Origin: Vulcanimicrobiota bacterium
GTDB taxonomy: Bacteria > Vulcanimicrobiota > Vulcanimicrobiia > Eremiobacterales > Eremiobacteraceae
Direction: 5' to 3'
Length of the DNA stretch: 64,000 nt
Assembly (NCBI GenBank): GCA_963805945.1
Contig: CAWDVP010000006.1
Location: 256,001 to 320,000, forward strand
Positions within the stretch are counted from its first letter, which is position 1, and each line of letters starts with the position of its first letter. The translations under genes were made by a program, and so were the position numbers. Below are positions 10,903-21,538 of the stretch, one piece after another. Below the pieces are notes generated by a model, which did not search any database, had not been told where the DNA came from, and saw only the letters and a program-made list of their open reading frames with translations.

Positions 10903-12082
10903 ATGACACACTATCGCTTATCATGGGCGGTCGTTCGCGCTTGTCGCGACCGCATCGCTGTTCGGCTGCGCCGGACGCACCACAGCGCCCGGTCAGAACG
11001 CGAGCCCGCAGGCCGGCAAAGTCCGCACGTATTACATCGCGGCCGACGAGGTGAACTGGGACTACGCGCCCACCGGCATCGACCAGATCACCGGCAAGCC
11101 GTTCGACGCGATGGCGAGGATCTACACCGCGCGCGGACCGCATCACATCGGCAGGGTCTACCGCAAGGCGGTCTACCACGAATACACCGACGCGTCGTTC
11201 ACGACGCTCAAACCCCGACCGCCGGACCAGCAGTATCTGGGCATCCTCGGGCCGATCATCCATGCCGAGGTCGGCGACACCATCAAAGTCGTGTTCAAGA
11301 ACAACGCGTCGCACCCGTACAGCATGCACCCGCACGGCGTCTTCTATGATAAGGATTCCGAAGGCGTCGTGTATCAGGGTGCTTCACCCGCCGGTAGACT
11401 CGGCGGTGCAGTGCCGCCTGGCCGCACCTACACGTACACCTGGCAGGTGCCCGAGCGCGCAGGCCCGGGTCCGGGCGATCCGAGCTCCATCGTGTGGCTG
11501 TACCACTCGCACGTCGTCGAGCTGAAGGACGTCAATGCAGGGCTGGTCGGCGCGATCATCGTGACCGCGCGCGGCATGGCCAAGCCGGACGGCACGCCGC
11601 AAGACGTCGATCGGGAATTCGTCGTGTTGTACAACATCTTCGACGAGAACGAAAGCTGGTATCTGGCCCAGAACATCGCGACCTATGCCCCCAGCGTGAA
11701 AGGCGCGGTCAAACTCGAGACCATTCCGGTGGACAGTGACGGCGCGTTCACCCTCAATGGCAGCGGCTTTGTGGATACCAATTTCAAATCCAGCATCAAC
11801 GGCTACCTCTATGGCAACAACCCCATGATGACGATGAAGAAAGGCGATCGCGTCCGCTGGTACGTCATGACCATCGGGATCGGCTTCAACTTCCACACGC
11901 CGCACTGGCATGGCAACACGGTGCTGCTCAACAAGCAGCGCACCGATGTGATCGCGTTGTCGCCCGCGCAGATGGTGACCGTGGATATGGTGCCGGACGA
12001 CCCCGGCGTCTGGATGTTCCACTGCCATGTCAGCGACCACATGATGGCCGGCATGACCGCCCTCTACCAGGTCGACCCTTAG
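10903..12082 (+). CDS. Two-domain multicopper oxidase, probable lipoprotein; +1 frameshift at about 10930
   Basis: SMHPHG, WLYHSH, FHTPHWHG, FHCHVSDHMMAGM copper motifs; lipobox LFGC in frame upstream of the 11051 ORF. Confidence 0.9.
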
Positions 12083-12086
12083 GCGT

Positions 12087-13707
12087 TCACCAGCCCGCTG
12101 CGGCGCCGTCGCTGCGCGGGTCCGCGGCGCCCACGAACGTCCCCTGCTCCTTGTCGACGACGATGGCGCCCGCGTGGCCCATCGATTCTTCCCAATCGTC
12201 CATGACGATGACGTTGTGCCCGCGCGCGCGCAGGCCCGCGATGCACGCCTCACCAGCGCGCGCCTCGATCGCGACGCCGGGAACTTCTGCGCCCCACGTC
12301 CTGCCATAGCGCCAGCGCGGCGCGTCTAGCGCGGTCTGCGGATCCCATCCGCGCTCCCCGATCTTGATCGAGTTCTGGAGGCAGGTCTGCGGCTGGCCCT
12401 CGCCGCCCATGGTGCCGTAGACGAGGCGCGGCGCGCCGTCGTCAAGCAGCATCGCTGCCATCAGCGTGTGGAACGGCAAACGCTTCGGCTCGAGCGAGGT
12501 GGGGCGGCCCTCGTCGAGCGTGAACGCGCAGCCGCGGTCCTGCAGCACGATGCCGAGTTCGGGCACCCCGACGCACGAGCCGAAATGGTAGTACAGCGAC
12601 TGGATCATGGACAGCGCATTGCCGGCCTGATCGACGCAGGCGAAGTATGTCGTGTCGCCGCCCGCGCCGCCCGTCTTCTTCTCTCCTGACGCACGCTGCG
12701 CGTCCATTCGACCGGCGTATTCGCGCGCGTGCTCGGGCGACAGCAGCTCGCTCAGCGGCGCCTTGACGACATCTGGGTCGCCGATCCACCGATCGCGATC
12801 CGAAAACGCGAGCTTGATCGCTTCGATGCACGTGTGCGCGAGCTCGGCGCTGCCGTCGGGCAGCCGCCGCGTGGCCATCGACCGCGTCATAGATGCCCTG
12901 TGCGATCGGCAGCACGATGCCTTGCGAATTCGGCGGCGTCGTCAGCGACGCATAGCGCCCGAAGACGCCGTGCGCCGGCTCCGCGTAGAAACCGCGATGC
13001 GCCGCGCAATCCGCCGCGCGCAGCGGACTGCCCACCCGCTTGCAGGTCGCCTCGATGTGCGCGGCGCCTTCACCCTCGTACCAGAACTCGCGTCCCTCGC
13101 GGGCGATGCGTTCGAGGGTCTTCGCCAGCGCCGGCTGCGCGAAGCGCTCGCCGATCTCGTATTCGGGTTTCGCCGCATAGAGCTGTTTTGCGCCCGCATC
13201 CGACTCAAGCGCGGCATGCTCTTCGTGCAATGCGCGCACCATGCTGCGCGCCAGCGGCGCGCCGAGGCGCGCGAGATCGATCGCGGGCACGAGGACGTGC
13301 TCGAGGGGCAATGCGCCGAAGCGCTCGTGGAGCGCGAACCACGCATCGACCGCGCCGGGCACGGTGAGCGCTGCGGGGCCGCCCTGTGCGGGAATCGTGT
13401 GCAGCCGGGCGCTTTCATAGAAACCGCGGGTCGCAAGCGCCGCGGATCTGCCCGATCCGTTGTACGCGTGCACGTGGCGCGTCGCCGCGTCATGGTACAG
13501 GAAGAACGCGTCGCCGCCGATGCCGGTCATGTGCGGATAGACGACGCTCAATGCTGCCGCCACCGCCACGCCCGCGTCCGCCGCCGTGCCGCCGGCGCGC
13601 AGGATCGCGACGCCCGCCTGCGTCGCGAGCGCGTTGGGCGCGGTGACCATGCCGCGGACGCTGCGCGCGCTCGGCCGCGTGCCGTCCGGCTTGCGCGAGC
13701 CGTTCAT
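12087..13707 (-). CDS. ggt: Gamma-glutamyltransferase family protein; +1 frameshift at about 12880
   Basis: HMTGIGGDAF, TVPGAVDAW, PPNSQG, GDTTYF (catalytic Thr), GTMGGEGQPQ, AADPRSDG. Confidence 0.9.
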
Positions 13708-14451
13708 GCGCCGGGCACGATGATGCTCGAGGCGCGCGATCCCGCTGCGGCCTCTTCATCGAGCGCGACGGGGGCGACCCGCAGGAACTCGTCGATGCCG
13801 ATGATGCGCTGCGAGCGGACGAAATGCGAGGTGGCGTCCGCGCACCGCTTGCGCGACCTCTTCCGCCTGTCGCGCGCCGAACTGCGTCGGCCGTCCGATG
13901 CACACCGCCGTGTCGACCGCCGGCAGCGCGCGTAACGCCGCGGGCGCGCCGTCGTTGATGAGCCCGGCATCGCGCCCCAAGGGCCAGACGCGGATCTCCG
14001 CCGCTTCTTCGGTCAGAAGGTCGCTGCATCGCAGAAACCCGGCCGACCAGCCGTCGACGCGATACAGCCGGCGGCGCGCCGCCTGCCAGTCCGCCAGCAT
14101 CCGGCGCTCGTCTTCGCGCAGCGCATGCGCCCGCTCGAGCACGAACTCGTCGATCGCCGTCCTGCCGTAGCGTTCGAGACGGGCGTCGAACATGAGATGC
14201 TCGACGACCCGCGATGCCTTCGTCTCGTCGAACGCGCCATGCCAGAAGGGGAAATCCGCGGCGGCGACCGACTCGAGCGGCGCGCGCATCGCCGTTTCGG
14301 CGAATTTCAGCAGCCCGGACAGCAGCGGCAACGCGCTCGCCTCCAATGCAGCCGCGTAGGCGTCATGCTCTGCTTCGTGCCCGAGACAACAGCGTTTGTA
14401 CTTGCGACCGCTGCCGCACGGGCACGGGTCGTTCCGCCCTGGTTTGCTCAT
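13704..14451 (-). CDS. SEC-C metal-binding domain protein; +1 frameshift at about 13822
   Basis: N-terminal GRNDPCPCGSGRKYKRCC; corrected stop overlaps the ggt start (ATGA). Confidence 0.8.
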
Positions 14452-14473
14452 ATCTGCCGATAATCGACTTACG

Positions 14474-15259
14474 ATGACATCGAGACTTGTCCTCGCGGCG
14501 TCGGCCGCGGCGGCGGCGTTCTCGCTCTCGGCGGGCGCGCCGCCGGACGGCCACCTCCTGGCGCTGCGCCTCCAGGCGGGCGAGCGCATCCAGCAACGCA
14601 GCGATCTGGTGGATCGGATCCAGTGGGTGCTGCCGCAAAAACGCCTCGACGCCTTCATCGCCCAAGGCATCGTCATCAACGAGGAGATGCGCACCACGAC
14701 CGCCGCGATAGGCGTCGTCACGTCGACCACGAGCACCGCGGCGACGCTGCAAGGCTCGTCTTTCACGACGGTGCGTGACGTCCCGCGCCATCGCTCTGCG
14801 TCATCGAGCGACAGCGGCGCGTCGCGCGTGACGCCGCGCAACGTCAACGTCGGCACGACCGTCTATGCGATCGAGAGCGCCCCGATGGTGGACCTGCCGG
14901 ACGTCCCCGTGACGCTCGGCAGCCGATGGACGACGCGGCAACGGGTGCTCACCACGATGGGCAGCGGGGTCGCGACCTTCGACCACGTCGTCAGCGACAT
15001 CAGTGATGGGCGCGTGCGGATCGACGTCAGCGGCCGTGGCGAGATCACCGGCAAGGAATACAATCTTCCGCACCTGCTGCCCGGCACGATTTCGCTGAAC
15101 GGCTCGGCCTGGTTCGATCTCGACAGCGGGCTTGTCTCTTTAGAGAGCTACCGCATCGAGAACACCCTCATCAAGCCCGCGGGCGCCGAGCGGATCGGCT
15201 TTCTCGAGGTGCTTGACGTCTCCATCGACGTGCGCAAGGAGTCGCAGACCAGCCCTTAG
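14474..15259 (+). CDS. Hypothetical secreted beta-rich protein
   Basis: Signal peptide MTSRLVLAASAAAAAFSLSA; similar to the 20717..21538 product. Confidence 0.75.
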   Translation: MTSRLVLAASAAAAAFSLSAGAPPDGHLLALRLQAGERIQQRSDLVDRIQWVLPQKRLDAFIAQGIVINEEMRTTTAAIGVVTSTTSTAATLQGSSFTTVRDVPRHRSASSSDSGASRVTPRNVNVGTTVYAIESAPMVDLPDVPVTLGSRWTTRQRVLTTMGSGVATFDHVVSDISDGRVRIDVSGRGEITGKEYNLPHLLPGTISLNGSAWFDLDSGLVSLESYRIENTLIKPAGAERIGFLEVLDVSIDVRKESQTSP

Positions 15260-15326
15260 CCGCACGGGGAAGAGCCGGCCGCTTCTTGAAGGCCTCCGGC
15301 CCTCTCGTTTCTCAGGAGACACTCTC

Positions 15327-15773
15327 GTGCGAATCGTTCTCGGCGCGCTCATCATCGTATGCGCCCTACTGCTGGCCGGCGCACCCCAGGCTGATGCCAA
15401 AGGGACGGTGCTCGTCCAGCAAAGCGATGGATCGACGCAGTCCTATGCCGGCGTCGACATCCGGATCACCAACAAGACGTTGAGGGTCACGACGGCAGAC
15501 GGCAAAGGCACGCTCGTCATCGACAAGGCCGCGTGCTCGTACGCCGGCGATCTGCTACGCTGCCTGCCGTACAGCATCACGCTGGACCAAGGCGGCGGGA
15601 CGCATCCGCTCGACTTCGAGCGAGGGACGATCTACGCCAACCTCACCGACACGAAGCAGCAGCTGCCATTCTCTTCAACGCAAGTACCGCCGAAGGGCAT
15701 CCTGCTCGCGCTGAAGACGAAGATCGGCACGATCGTCACGATGACCGGCGAAATCGATGAGGTGTCGAAGTGA
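15327..15773 (+). CDS. Hypothetical secreted protein
   Basis: AGGAG ribosome-binding site, GTG start, signal peptide ending ADA, two Cys. Confidence 0.8.
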   Translation: MRIVLGALIIVCALLLAGAPQADAKGTVLVQQSDGSTQSYAGVDIRITNKTLRVTTADGKGTLVIDKAACSYAGDLLRCLPYSITLDQGGGTHPLDFERGTIYANLTDTKQQLPFSSTQVPPKGILLALKTKIGTIVTMTGEIDEVSK

Positions 15774-16567
15774 AGCGCATAGCTATCGCGATCTCGATCC
15801 TCCTGTTGCTTGGTGCTCCGCTTAGCGCAGCCGCTCGCCCCGGCGGTGGTGGTGGCGGCGGCGGCGGACGGCCCGCGGGCGGCGGCGGTCGGCCGGCAGC
15901 CGCAGCTCCGGCAGCTCGACCTGCAGCGCCTGCCTCACGGCCTTCCGGCGGTGGCGGCGGCGGCGGCTTCAATCTCAACCAGGACGTCAACGCGGGCAAG
16001 CGTCCCAACCCGCCATCCGGCGGCAACATGGCGAATCGCCCCAACGGATCTGGCAACGGCAATCTCAACAACAATAACAACATCAACCGCAATCCCAATA
16101 ACAATAACAACAATACCAACCGCAATATCAACAACAACAACCTAAACAACAACAATATCAACCGCAACGTCAACAACGTCAACGTGAATCGCGCGGTCGT
16201 GGTCAACCCCGTGTATCATGGGCCGGCCTGGGGCTGGAATCGCGGCGTCGCGTGGTATCCGGCGCCCAACTACTGGGGCGGCGGTTTCTGGGGCGCATGG
16301 GCGATCGGCGCCACGACGGCCATCATCTACGGTTCGATCGTCAATTCGACGACCCATCAGACCGTCACGTCCTACCAGGTGGCGCCGGACAGCCCTGGCG
16401 CGACGCTGCTCCAGAACTACAGCCTGACCCAGACCCAGTGCGGCCCTCCGAATCTCGTCGTCATCTACGGTCCGAACGACAGCGTCATCTGCGCGGTCCC
16501 GAACAACCTGGTCACGGCCGGCCAGTACACCCTCGACACCTCGAACTTGTCCATCGTGTCTATGTGA
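15770..16567 (+). CDS. Secreted Gly/Asn-rich low-complexity protein
   Basis: GTGA overlap with the previous gene; signal peptide; poly-Gly; NNNINRN repeats; Trp/Tyr/Gly-rich segment. Confidence 0.85.
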   Translation: MKRIAIAISILLLLGAPLSAAARPGGGGGGGGGRPAGGGGRPAAAAPAARPAAPASRPSGGGGGGGFNLNQDVNAGKRPNPPSGGNMANRPNGSGNGNLNNNNNINRNPNNNNNNTNRNINNNNLNNNNINRNVNNVNVNRAVVVNPVYHGPAWGWNRGVAWYPAPNYWGGGFWGAWAIGATTAIIYGSIVNSTTHQTVTSYQVAPDSPGATLLQNYSLTQTQCGPPNLVVIYGPNDSVICAVPNNLVTAGQYTLDTSNLSIVSM

Positions 16568-16576
16568 TCACGCCTA

Positions 16577-16600
16577 TGTAGCGCTCGAGCGAAGCTCGGG
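16577..16600 (+). repeat. REP-like palindrome, family A, intergenic upstream of panB
   Basis: TGTAGCGCTCGAGCGAAGCTCGGG. Confidence 0.8.
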
Positions 16601-16621
16601 TCGGCTCCCGGAGGAACCCCA

Positions 16622-17467
16622 ATGCCAGACAAGATCACCGCGCCGGCAATCCGGTTGCGAAAAGGCGGCAGCAAGATTGCCGTGATCACCGCATACGACG
16701 CGCCCTCGGCGCGCATCGCCGACCGCGCCGGCGCCGACATCATCCTGGTCGGCGATTCGCTCGGCAACGCTGTGCTCGGCTACGACGACACGTTGTCGGT
16801 GACGGTCGATATCATGGTCCGCCACACCGCGGCGGTCACGCGCACCAAACCGCGCGCGCTCGTCGTCGGCGACATGCCGTGGCTGAGCTACCACCTCTCC
16901 CCTGCCGACAGCGTCCGCAACGCCGCGCGCTTCATCGTCGAAGGCGGCGCCGGAGCGATCAAGCTCGAGGGTGGACGCAAGCGGTTGCCGATGGTCGAAG
17001 CGATCCTCGCGGCCGAGATACCGGTGATGGGTCATCTCGGGCTGACGCCGCAATCCGTGCACGCCATGGGCGGCTTCAAGGTGCAGGCGAAACTCGCCGA
17101 GGCGGCCGCCGAGCTGGTGGACGACGCACGCGCGCTCGCCGAGGCCGGCGTGTTCGCCGTCGTGCTCGAGGGCATCCCCGATATCGTCGCCGCGCGCGTC
17201 ACGCGCGAGATCCCCGTGCCGACGATCGGTATAGGCGCGGGACCGCAATGCGACGGTCAAGTGCTCGTGTTCCACGACGTGCTGGGTTTGAGCGCGGGCA
17301 CCCCGCCGAAGTTCGTGCGGCGCTACGCGTCCCTGGGCGATGAGGCGGTTGCGGCGGTCAAGCACTTCTTCGATGACGTCCGCTCCGGCGAGTTCCCCAA
17401 CGAAGCCGAGACCTATCACATGCCGGACGCCGACGCGCAGGAGTTCCAAGCCGGCCGACGCGGTTGA
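16622..17467 (+). CDS. panB: 3-methyl-2-oxobutanoate hydroxymethyltransferase
   Basis: ITAYDA, ILVGDSLG, IKLEGG, HLGLTPQ, TIGIGAG, DGQVLV. Confidence 0.97.
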   Translation: MPDKITAPAIRLRKGGSKIAVITAYDAPSARIADRAGADIILVGDSLGNAVLGYDDTLSVTVDIMVRHTAAVTRTKPRALVVGDMPWLSYHLSPADSVRNAARFIVEGGAGAIKLEGGRKRLPMVEAILAAEIPVMGHLGLTPQSVHAMGGFKVQAKLAEAAAELVDDARALAEAGVFAVVLEGIPDIVAARVTREIPVPTIGIGAGPQCDGQVLVFHDVLGLSAGTPPKFVRRYASLGDEAVAAVKHFFDDVRSGEFPNEAETYHMPDADAQEFQAGRRG

Positions 17468-18423
17468 AGATCCTCTTCTGCGACGAGGGCTACTCGGAGG
17501 CGCGCCGGCAGCTGGCTGCGCTCGTGCCTGCGCATGAGATCGCGTGGTGCGCGCGCGACGCGGTCGCCAGGCACCTCGGCGGCGTCGACGTCATCGTGCC
17601 CTACATGGCGGCGATAGACGCGCATATCATCGGGACCGGCTCGTTCGGTCTCGTCCAGCAGTTCGGCGTCGGTTTGGAGAGCGTCGACGTCGAAACCGCG
17701 ACGCGCGCAGGGGTGTGGGTCGCACGCGTGCCGAGCGGGCAGACCGGCAACGCCGAATCGGTGGCCGAGCATGCGGTTCTTCTCGTGCTCATGCTCGCCC
17801 GTCATACCTCTGATGCCCGCAGTGCCCGAGCGAAGCTCGGGGAGCCATCGGGCCTTGCGCTTTTGGGCAAGACGGCGTGCATCGTCGGCGTGGGCGCGGC
17901 CGGCGGCGCGCTCGCGACTCGTCTCACCGCGTTCGGCATGCGCCTCATCGCGGTGCGCAAGAACGCCGCCGGCACACCGCCGCCGGGTGTCCGCTTCGAA
18001 AAGGTCTACCCGCTGGCTCAGCTCTCCGACGCGGTACGCGAGGCGGACTTCGTCGTCATCACAGCGCGCTATGAACCAGACGCGCATCATCTCGTGGATC
18101 GCCGTGTGCTGGAGTCGATGCGCCAAGGCTCGTTCATCGTCAACGTCGCGCGAGGCGGTTTCGTCGACCGCGCGGCGCTCGAGGCAGCGCTGCGCTCCGG
18201 GCGTGTCGCCGGTGCCGGTCTCGATGTTGTCGAAGGCGAACCGCTCGATCCTGGTGATCCGCTCTTGTGTTTGAACGTTATCGTCACGCCGCATATCGCG
18301 GGAGTGACTGACGTGTCCTATGCCGGCATCGCTCGCGTGGTCGGCGAGAACATCCGGCGTTATGAGAGCGGCGAAGCTCCCTTGCACGCGGTCAACAAAC
18401 CGCCCAGACCACGCGGCAGATGA
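17464..18423 (+). CDS. D-isomer-specific 2-hydroxyacid dehydrogenase
   Basis: NAESVAEH, IVGVGAAG, VNVARG, GAGLDV, EP, TPHIAG. Confidence 0.92.
   Translation: MKILFCDEGYSEARRQLAALVPAHEIAWCARDAVARHLGGVDVIVPYMAAIDAHIIGTGSFGLVQQFGVGLESVDVETATRAGVWVARVPSGQTGNAESVAEHAVLLVLMLARHTSDARSARAKLGEPSGLALLGKTACIVGVGAAGGALATRLTAFGMRLIAVRKNAAGTPPPGVRFEKVYPLAQLSDAVREADFVVITARYEPDAHHLVDRRVLESMRQGSFIVNVARGGFVDRAALEAALRSGRVAGAGLDVVEGEPLDPGDPLLCLNVIVTPHIAGVTDVSYAGIARVVGENIRRYESGEAPLHAVNKPPRPRGR
17818..17841 (+). repeat. REP-like palindrome, family A, inside the dehydrogenase gene
   Basis: CGCAGTGCCCGAGCGAAGCTCGGG; encodes RSARAKLG. Confidence 0.75.
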
Positions 18424-18433
18424 GATCGCCGTG

Positions 18434-20716
18434 CTACATCCTCGAAGCGCGCTGATCCGTTCCGGGGCCGGCATACCACGCGCCGAAACCCCGCAGCCAT
18501 AGGTCGCCGGCCGCCTTGTCCGGCGGCGGTGCGACGACGTAGAACCTCGTCCAGGTGATCGGCCAGCGCGCCTGCACCGGCACGACGAGATTGATCGTGC
18601 GCCAGCCGTTCCAATCGACGTGGCGCGCCAATGTCAGCGACTCGTTGATGCCGTCGCCGTTGCGGTACGCACCGCGCAGCCAGGCGCCGCTCGCATCGCC
18701 ATAGACCTCGATGTTCACCACGAGCGGTTCGCCCGGGATCGCTATCTCGCTTTGAACGCCGGCCGCGCGAGAGCCGCCCGGCGCGCCGAGATCGAAGCTC
18801 AGATGGAGCGCGCTCGCTCCGTCAGGCGCTTTGCCCGACTCCAATGAAGCGCTGAGCTCGGCAGGACTGCGATACAGGTGCCATTCGCCGGCGGCTTCTC
18901 CCAGCGGGAGCGCAGACTGCAGGGCCACTTTGTGCGCGCCGACGAGCAGTTCCGCGTCCGCGCGCGCTCCGCCGGCGCGGGCGATCACCACCGACTTCGA
19001 CGGCTGCGCGGCCGTCTTGAACACGCCGTTCCCGCCCAACACACCGGCATCGCCCGCCGCGCTCCACGCCACCTTGTCGCGATCGACCGCGATCGCGGCG
19101 CCGTTGCCCGCGCTGGCGACCGCGCTCAGTTCGACGAGCACCGAGGGAGGATACGCGCGCTCGAGCCGCGCGACGGCCAGCTGCGCGACCGATGCGACGA
19201 CGCTCGTCTTGAACTCGCCGCGGATAGCGCCGCTCTGCGCGACCACGTCGACCTCACCAGGCCGCAGCGCGGCGAGAACGCCGTTCGCGTCGATCGTCGC
19301 CGGACCGCTCGCGACCGAGAACGTGACGGGACCGCTCGCGGGCACCGGCTGGTCGTTCGCGTCCACGCCCTGCGCGGTGATCGCGAGATGGCTGCCTGCC
19401 AGCACCGCTTGCGCGTCGGCGCGCAGCACGAGGCGCGCGGGAGGTCCGGGCGACGCGCTATTGACGACGAACAAGCCGTCGGCGATCGAACGCTCCCGGC
19501 CGTCCGACGGCACGTTCGCGACGCTCACTTTCGCATCGCCCAAACGCCGCACCACCATCTCGGTCGAGCCGCCGCTGTCGAACGCCATAGCGTCGCTCGC
19601 GCCTAGCGACGCGAGCAGCGCGCCGAGCATCGGGCGCGTCACGCCTACCGAGCGGCTTGGCGCGCGCCCGTCGATCGCCACGAGCCACAGCGTCGCGCCA
19701 TCGGCGGAGATCCCCGCGCCGGTGAGCGGATAGCGGACGTCGCGTTCCTCCGGAGACGGTGCGTTTGGATCCTCATACGCGACGCCGCCTTTCAGGAGCA
19801 GCGGTCCGCCACCCACCCCTTCGCGCGGTCCGATCAAACCGGGCGTCCATTGTTGGCTCAGCCGGACGGAATCGCCGGCGTGGAAGTTCTGGAGCAGCGC
19901 AACGCCCGCCGCGCCGCGCGCCGCGATGCCAAGATCATCCGGCCGCAACGGGAAGAACGTAGGCTGGTCCGCTGCGGCCTTCGCCACGCGATAACCGCCG
20001 TCGCCCTGCGGCTCCAGGATCACCTCGGTGGCGCCGCCGGCCGCCCCCGGCAATCCGAAGCGTTGCGTGAAGAGCATGAGCTGCGTGCTGGCCGACCAAT
20101 CGTTCACGGTATCGATGGTCGTCGTCACGCCGCTGGAGCCGGTGACGACGAGCTGCCAGGCCACGGGTCCCAACGACACGCTCTTGTCTTGGCCGACCAC
20201 AAAGGCGGCTCGGCCGTTCGGCTGATGCTGCACGACGCCGTTCGAGAGCACGAGATTGGTCGGCATGCCGCTCCCGCTGATATCGTAGTAGTCCGCGTTG
20301 ATACCCGCTTCTGCCCCGCTGCGGTCGGCCATCGTCGAGAGCGCTTCGCCGAAGCCGATGATCTGGTCGTTGCGCGTGCCGATCCTCAGGTCGACATCAG
20401 GGTTGCGCAGATCGACGCGGGTGATGGAAAGCGTCAGCGGACCCGTCGCCGTGTCGAGGTGCCAGCGCTCGAAGTCGACGCCCGGCCCGAGATGCTCGCT
20501 CGCACGAAGCGATCTGACGACCGCCGGCCAGCCTGCCGGATGCACGAACGCCGCAGATGAGAAGACATACGTCCCATCGTTATCGACGCTAGTGCGCTGC
20601 GGTTCCACGATCGTCGTGGTCGTGCTGTTCGTGGACGTGGCCGCCGCCGCTGCGAGCGCGGCGCAGGCGGTAAACGCGAGGGCGGCGGTGAACACGCGCC
20701 GTGCATGGACGAACAT
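18434..20716 (-). CDS. Secreted phosphodiester glycosidase (NAGPA) family protein with Ig-like and carbohydrate-binding-like domains
   Basis: GINADYY, GGGPLL, VAIDGR, AMAFDSGGST, ERSIADGL; signal peptide after ATG 20716. Confidence 0.85.
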   Translation of the reverse strand: MFVHARRVFTAALAFTACAALAAAAATSTNSTTTTIVEPQRTSVDNDGTYVFSSAAFVHPAGWPAVVRSLRASEHLGPGVDFERWHLDTATGPLTLSITRVDLRNPDVDLRIGTRNDQIIGFGEALSTMADRSGAEAGINADYYDISGSGMPTNLVLSNGVVQHQPNGRAAFVVGQDKSVSLGPVAWQLVVTGSSGVTTTIDTVNDWSASTQLMLFTQRFGLPGAAGGATEVILEPQGDGGYRVAKAAADQPTFFPLRPDDLGIAARGAAGVALLQNFHAGDSVRLSQQWTPGLIGPREGVGGGPLLLKGGVAYEDPNAPSPEERDVRYPLTGAGISADGATLWLVAIDGRAPSRSVGVTRPMLGALLASLGASDAMAFDSGGSTEMVVRRLGDAKVSVANVPSDGRERSIADGLFVVNSASPGPPARLVLRADAQAVLAGSHLAITAQGVDANDQPVPASGPVTFSVASGPATIDANGVLAALRPGEVDVVAQSGAIRGEFKTSVVASVAQLAVARLERAYPPSVLVELSAVASAGNGAAIAVDRDKVAWSAAGDAGVLGGNGVFKTAAQPSKSVVIARAGGARADAELLVGAHKVALQSALPLGEAAGEWHLYRSPAELSASLESGKAPDGASALHLSFDLGAPGGSRAAGVQSEIAIPGEPLVVNIEVYGDASGAWLRGAYRNGDGINESLTLARHVDWNGWRTINLVVPVQARWPITWTRFYVVAPPPDKAAGDLWLRGFGAWYAGPGTDQRASRM

Positions 20717-21538
20717 ATGCCTGTGGTGCGTCGCGGTCCGGGGCGGTCCCTGCGCGCGCTCATCGTGGTGATCGGGCTCGCAGTGCCGGCGTTGCCGTTG
20801 CGCGCCGACGACGCGGTGCCCATCGCGCTGCATCTCATCCCAGGGACCTACGTGACGAGCGAGTCGCTCGTGCATCTCGTGACGATCGACATCAACAAGA
20901 CGCTCAAGGCCATGGCGGCCGGCCGCGCGGAGGATAAGACGGTGCTCGAAGACCGCGCGATCGTGCTCACCGTCCAAGCCGCCGGTGCGGTGAGCGAGAT
21001 CGAGACCAACACGCGGCGCTACGGCGGCAATTCGAAGGACACGGACACCAAGGAGCGCACCAACTCGTACCAAGGGACCATCGCGCCGGACGGCGTGCGC
21101 ACGCCGCCGCAACCCGTCCTCGAGGATGCGGGCGACGGCGCGCTCGACCAGCTGCCGGACATCCCGCTCGCGCCCGGGCAGCAATGGACGTTCACGCGGC
21201 CGATCAAGACGGACCGAGACCTCGGTCAGGGCACGATGACCTACACGGACAAGGTCGTGCGCGTCGACGATCGAGCCGGCCACAAGATCGCGACCATCGA
21301 GGTCACCGGCGTGGGGCGCATCGACCCCGCGTCGGATCTCGCGGCGCATGGCTTCAAGACCGCGGAGATGAAATTCGGCGGCACCGCCGAGTTCGACACC
21401 ACGGCCGGCTTGCCGGGCGTGCAGCATTACACCGGCAAGGTCACCTGGACGACGGTCGTGATGATGCAACACATCCCGGTCACGTTCAACGACGCCTACG
21501 ACGCGACGCCGCTCGTCCCGAGACCGCCCAAGACTTGA
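20717..21538 (+). CDS. Hypothetical secreted beta-rich protein
   Basis: Signal peptide; strong GC3 codon bias; stop overlaps the next TTG; exact start uncertain. Confidence 0.75.
   Translation: MPVVRRGPGRSLRALIVVIGLAVPALPLRADDAVPIALHLIPGTYVTSESLVHLVTIDINKTLKAMAAGRAEDKTVLEDRAIVLTVQAAGAVSEIETNTRRYGGNSKDTDTKERTNSYQGTIAPDGVRTPPQPVLEDAGDGALDQLPDIPLAPGQQWTFTRPIKTDRDLGQGTMTYTDKVVRVDDRAGHKIATIEVTGVGRIDPASDLAAHGFKTAEMKFGGTAEFDTTAGLPGVQHYTGKVTWTTVVMMQHIPVTFNDAYDATPLVPRPPKT

Noticed and set aside
20717..21472. N-terminal extension of the 1012-aa ORF 18434..21472
   Set aside because: Antisense shadow of the 20717..21538 gene; the signal peptide begins near 20716.
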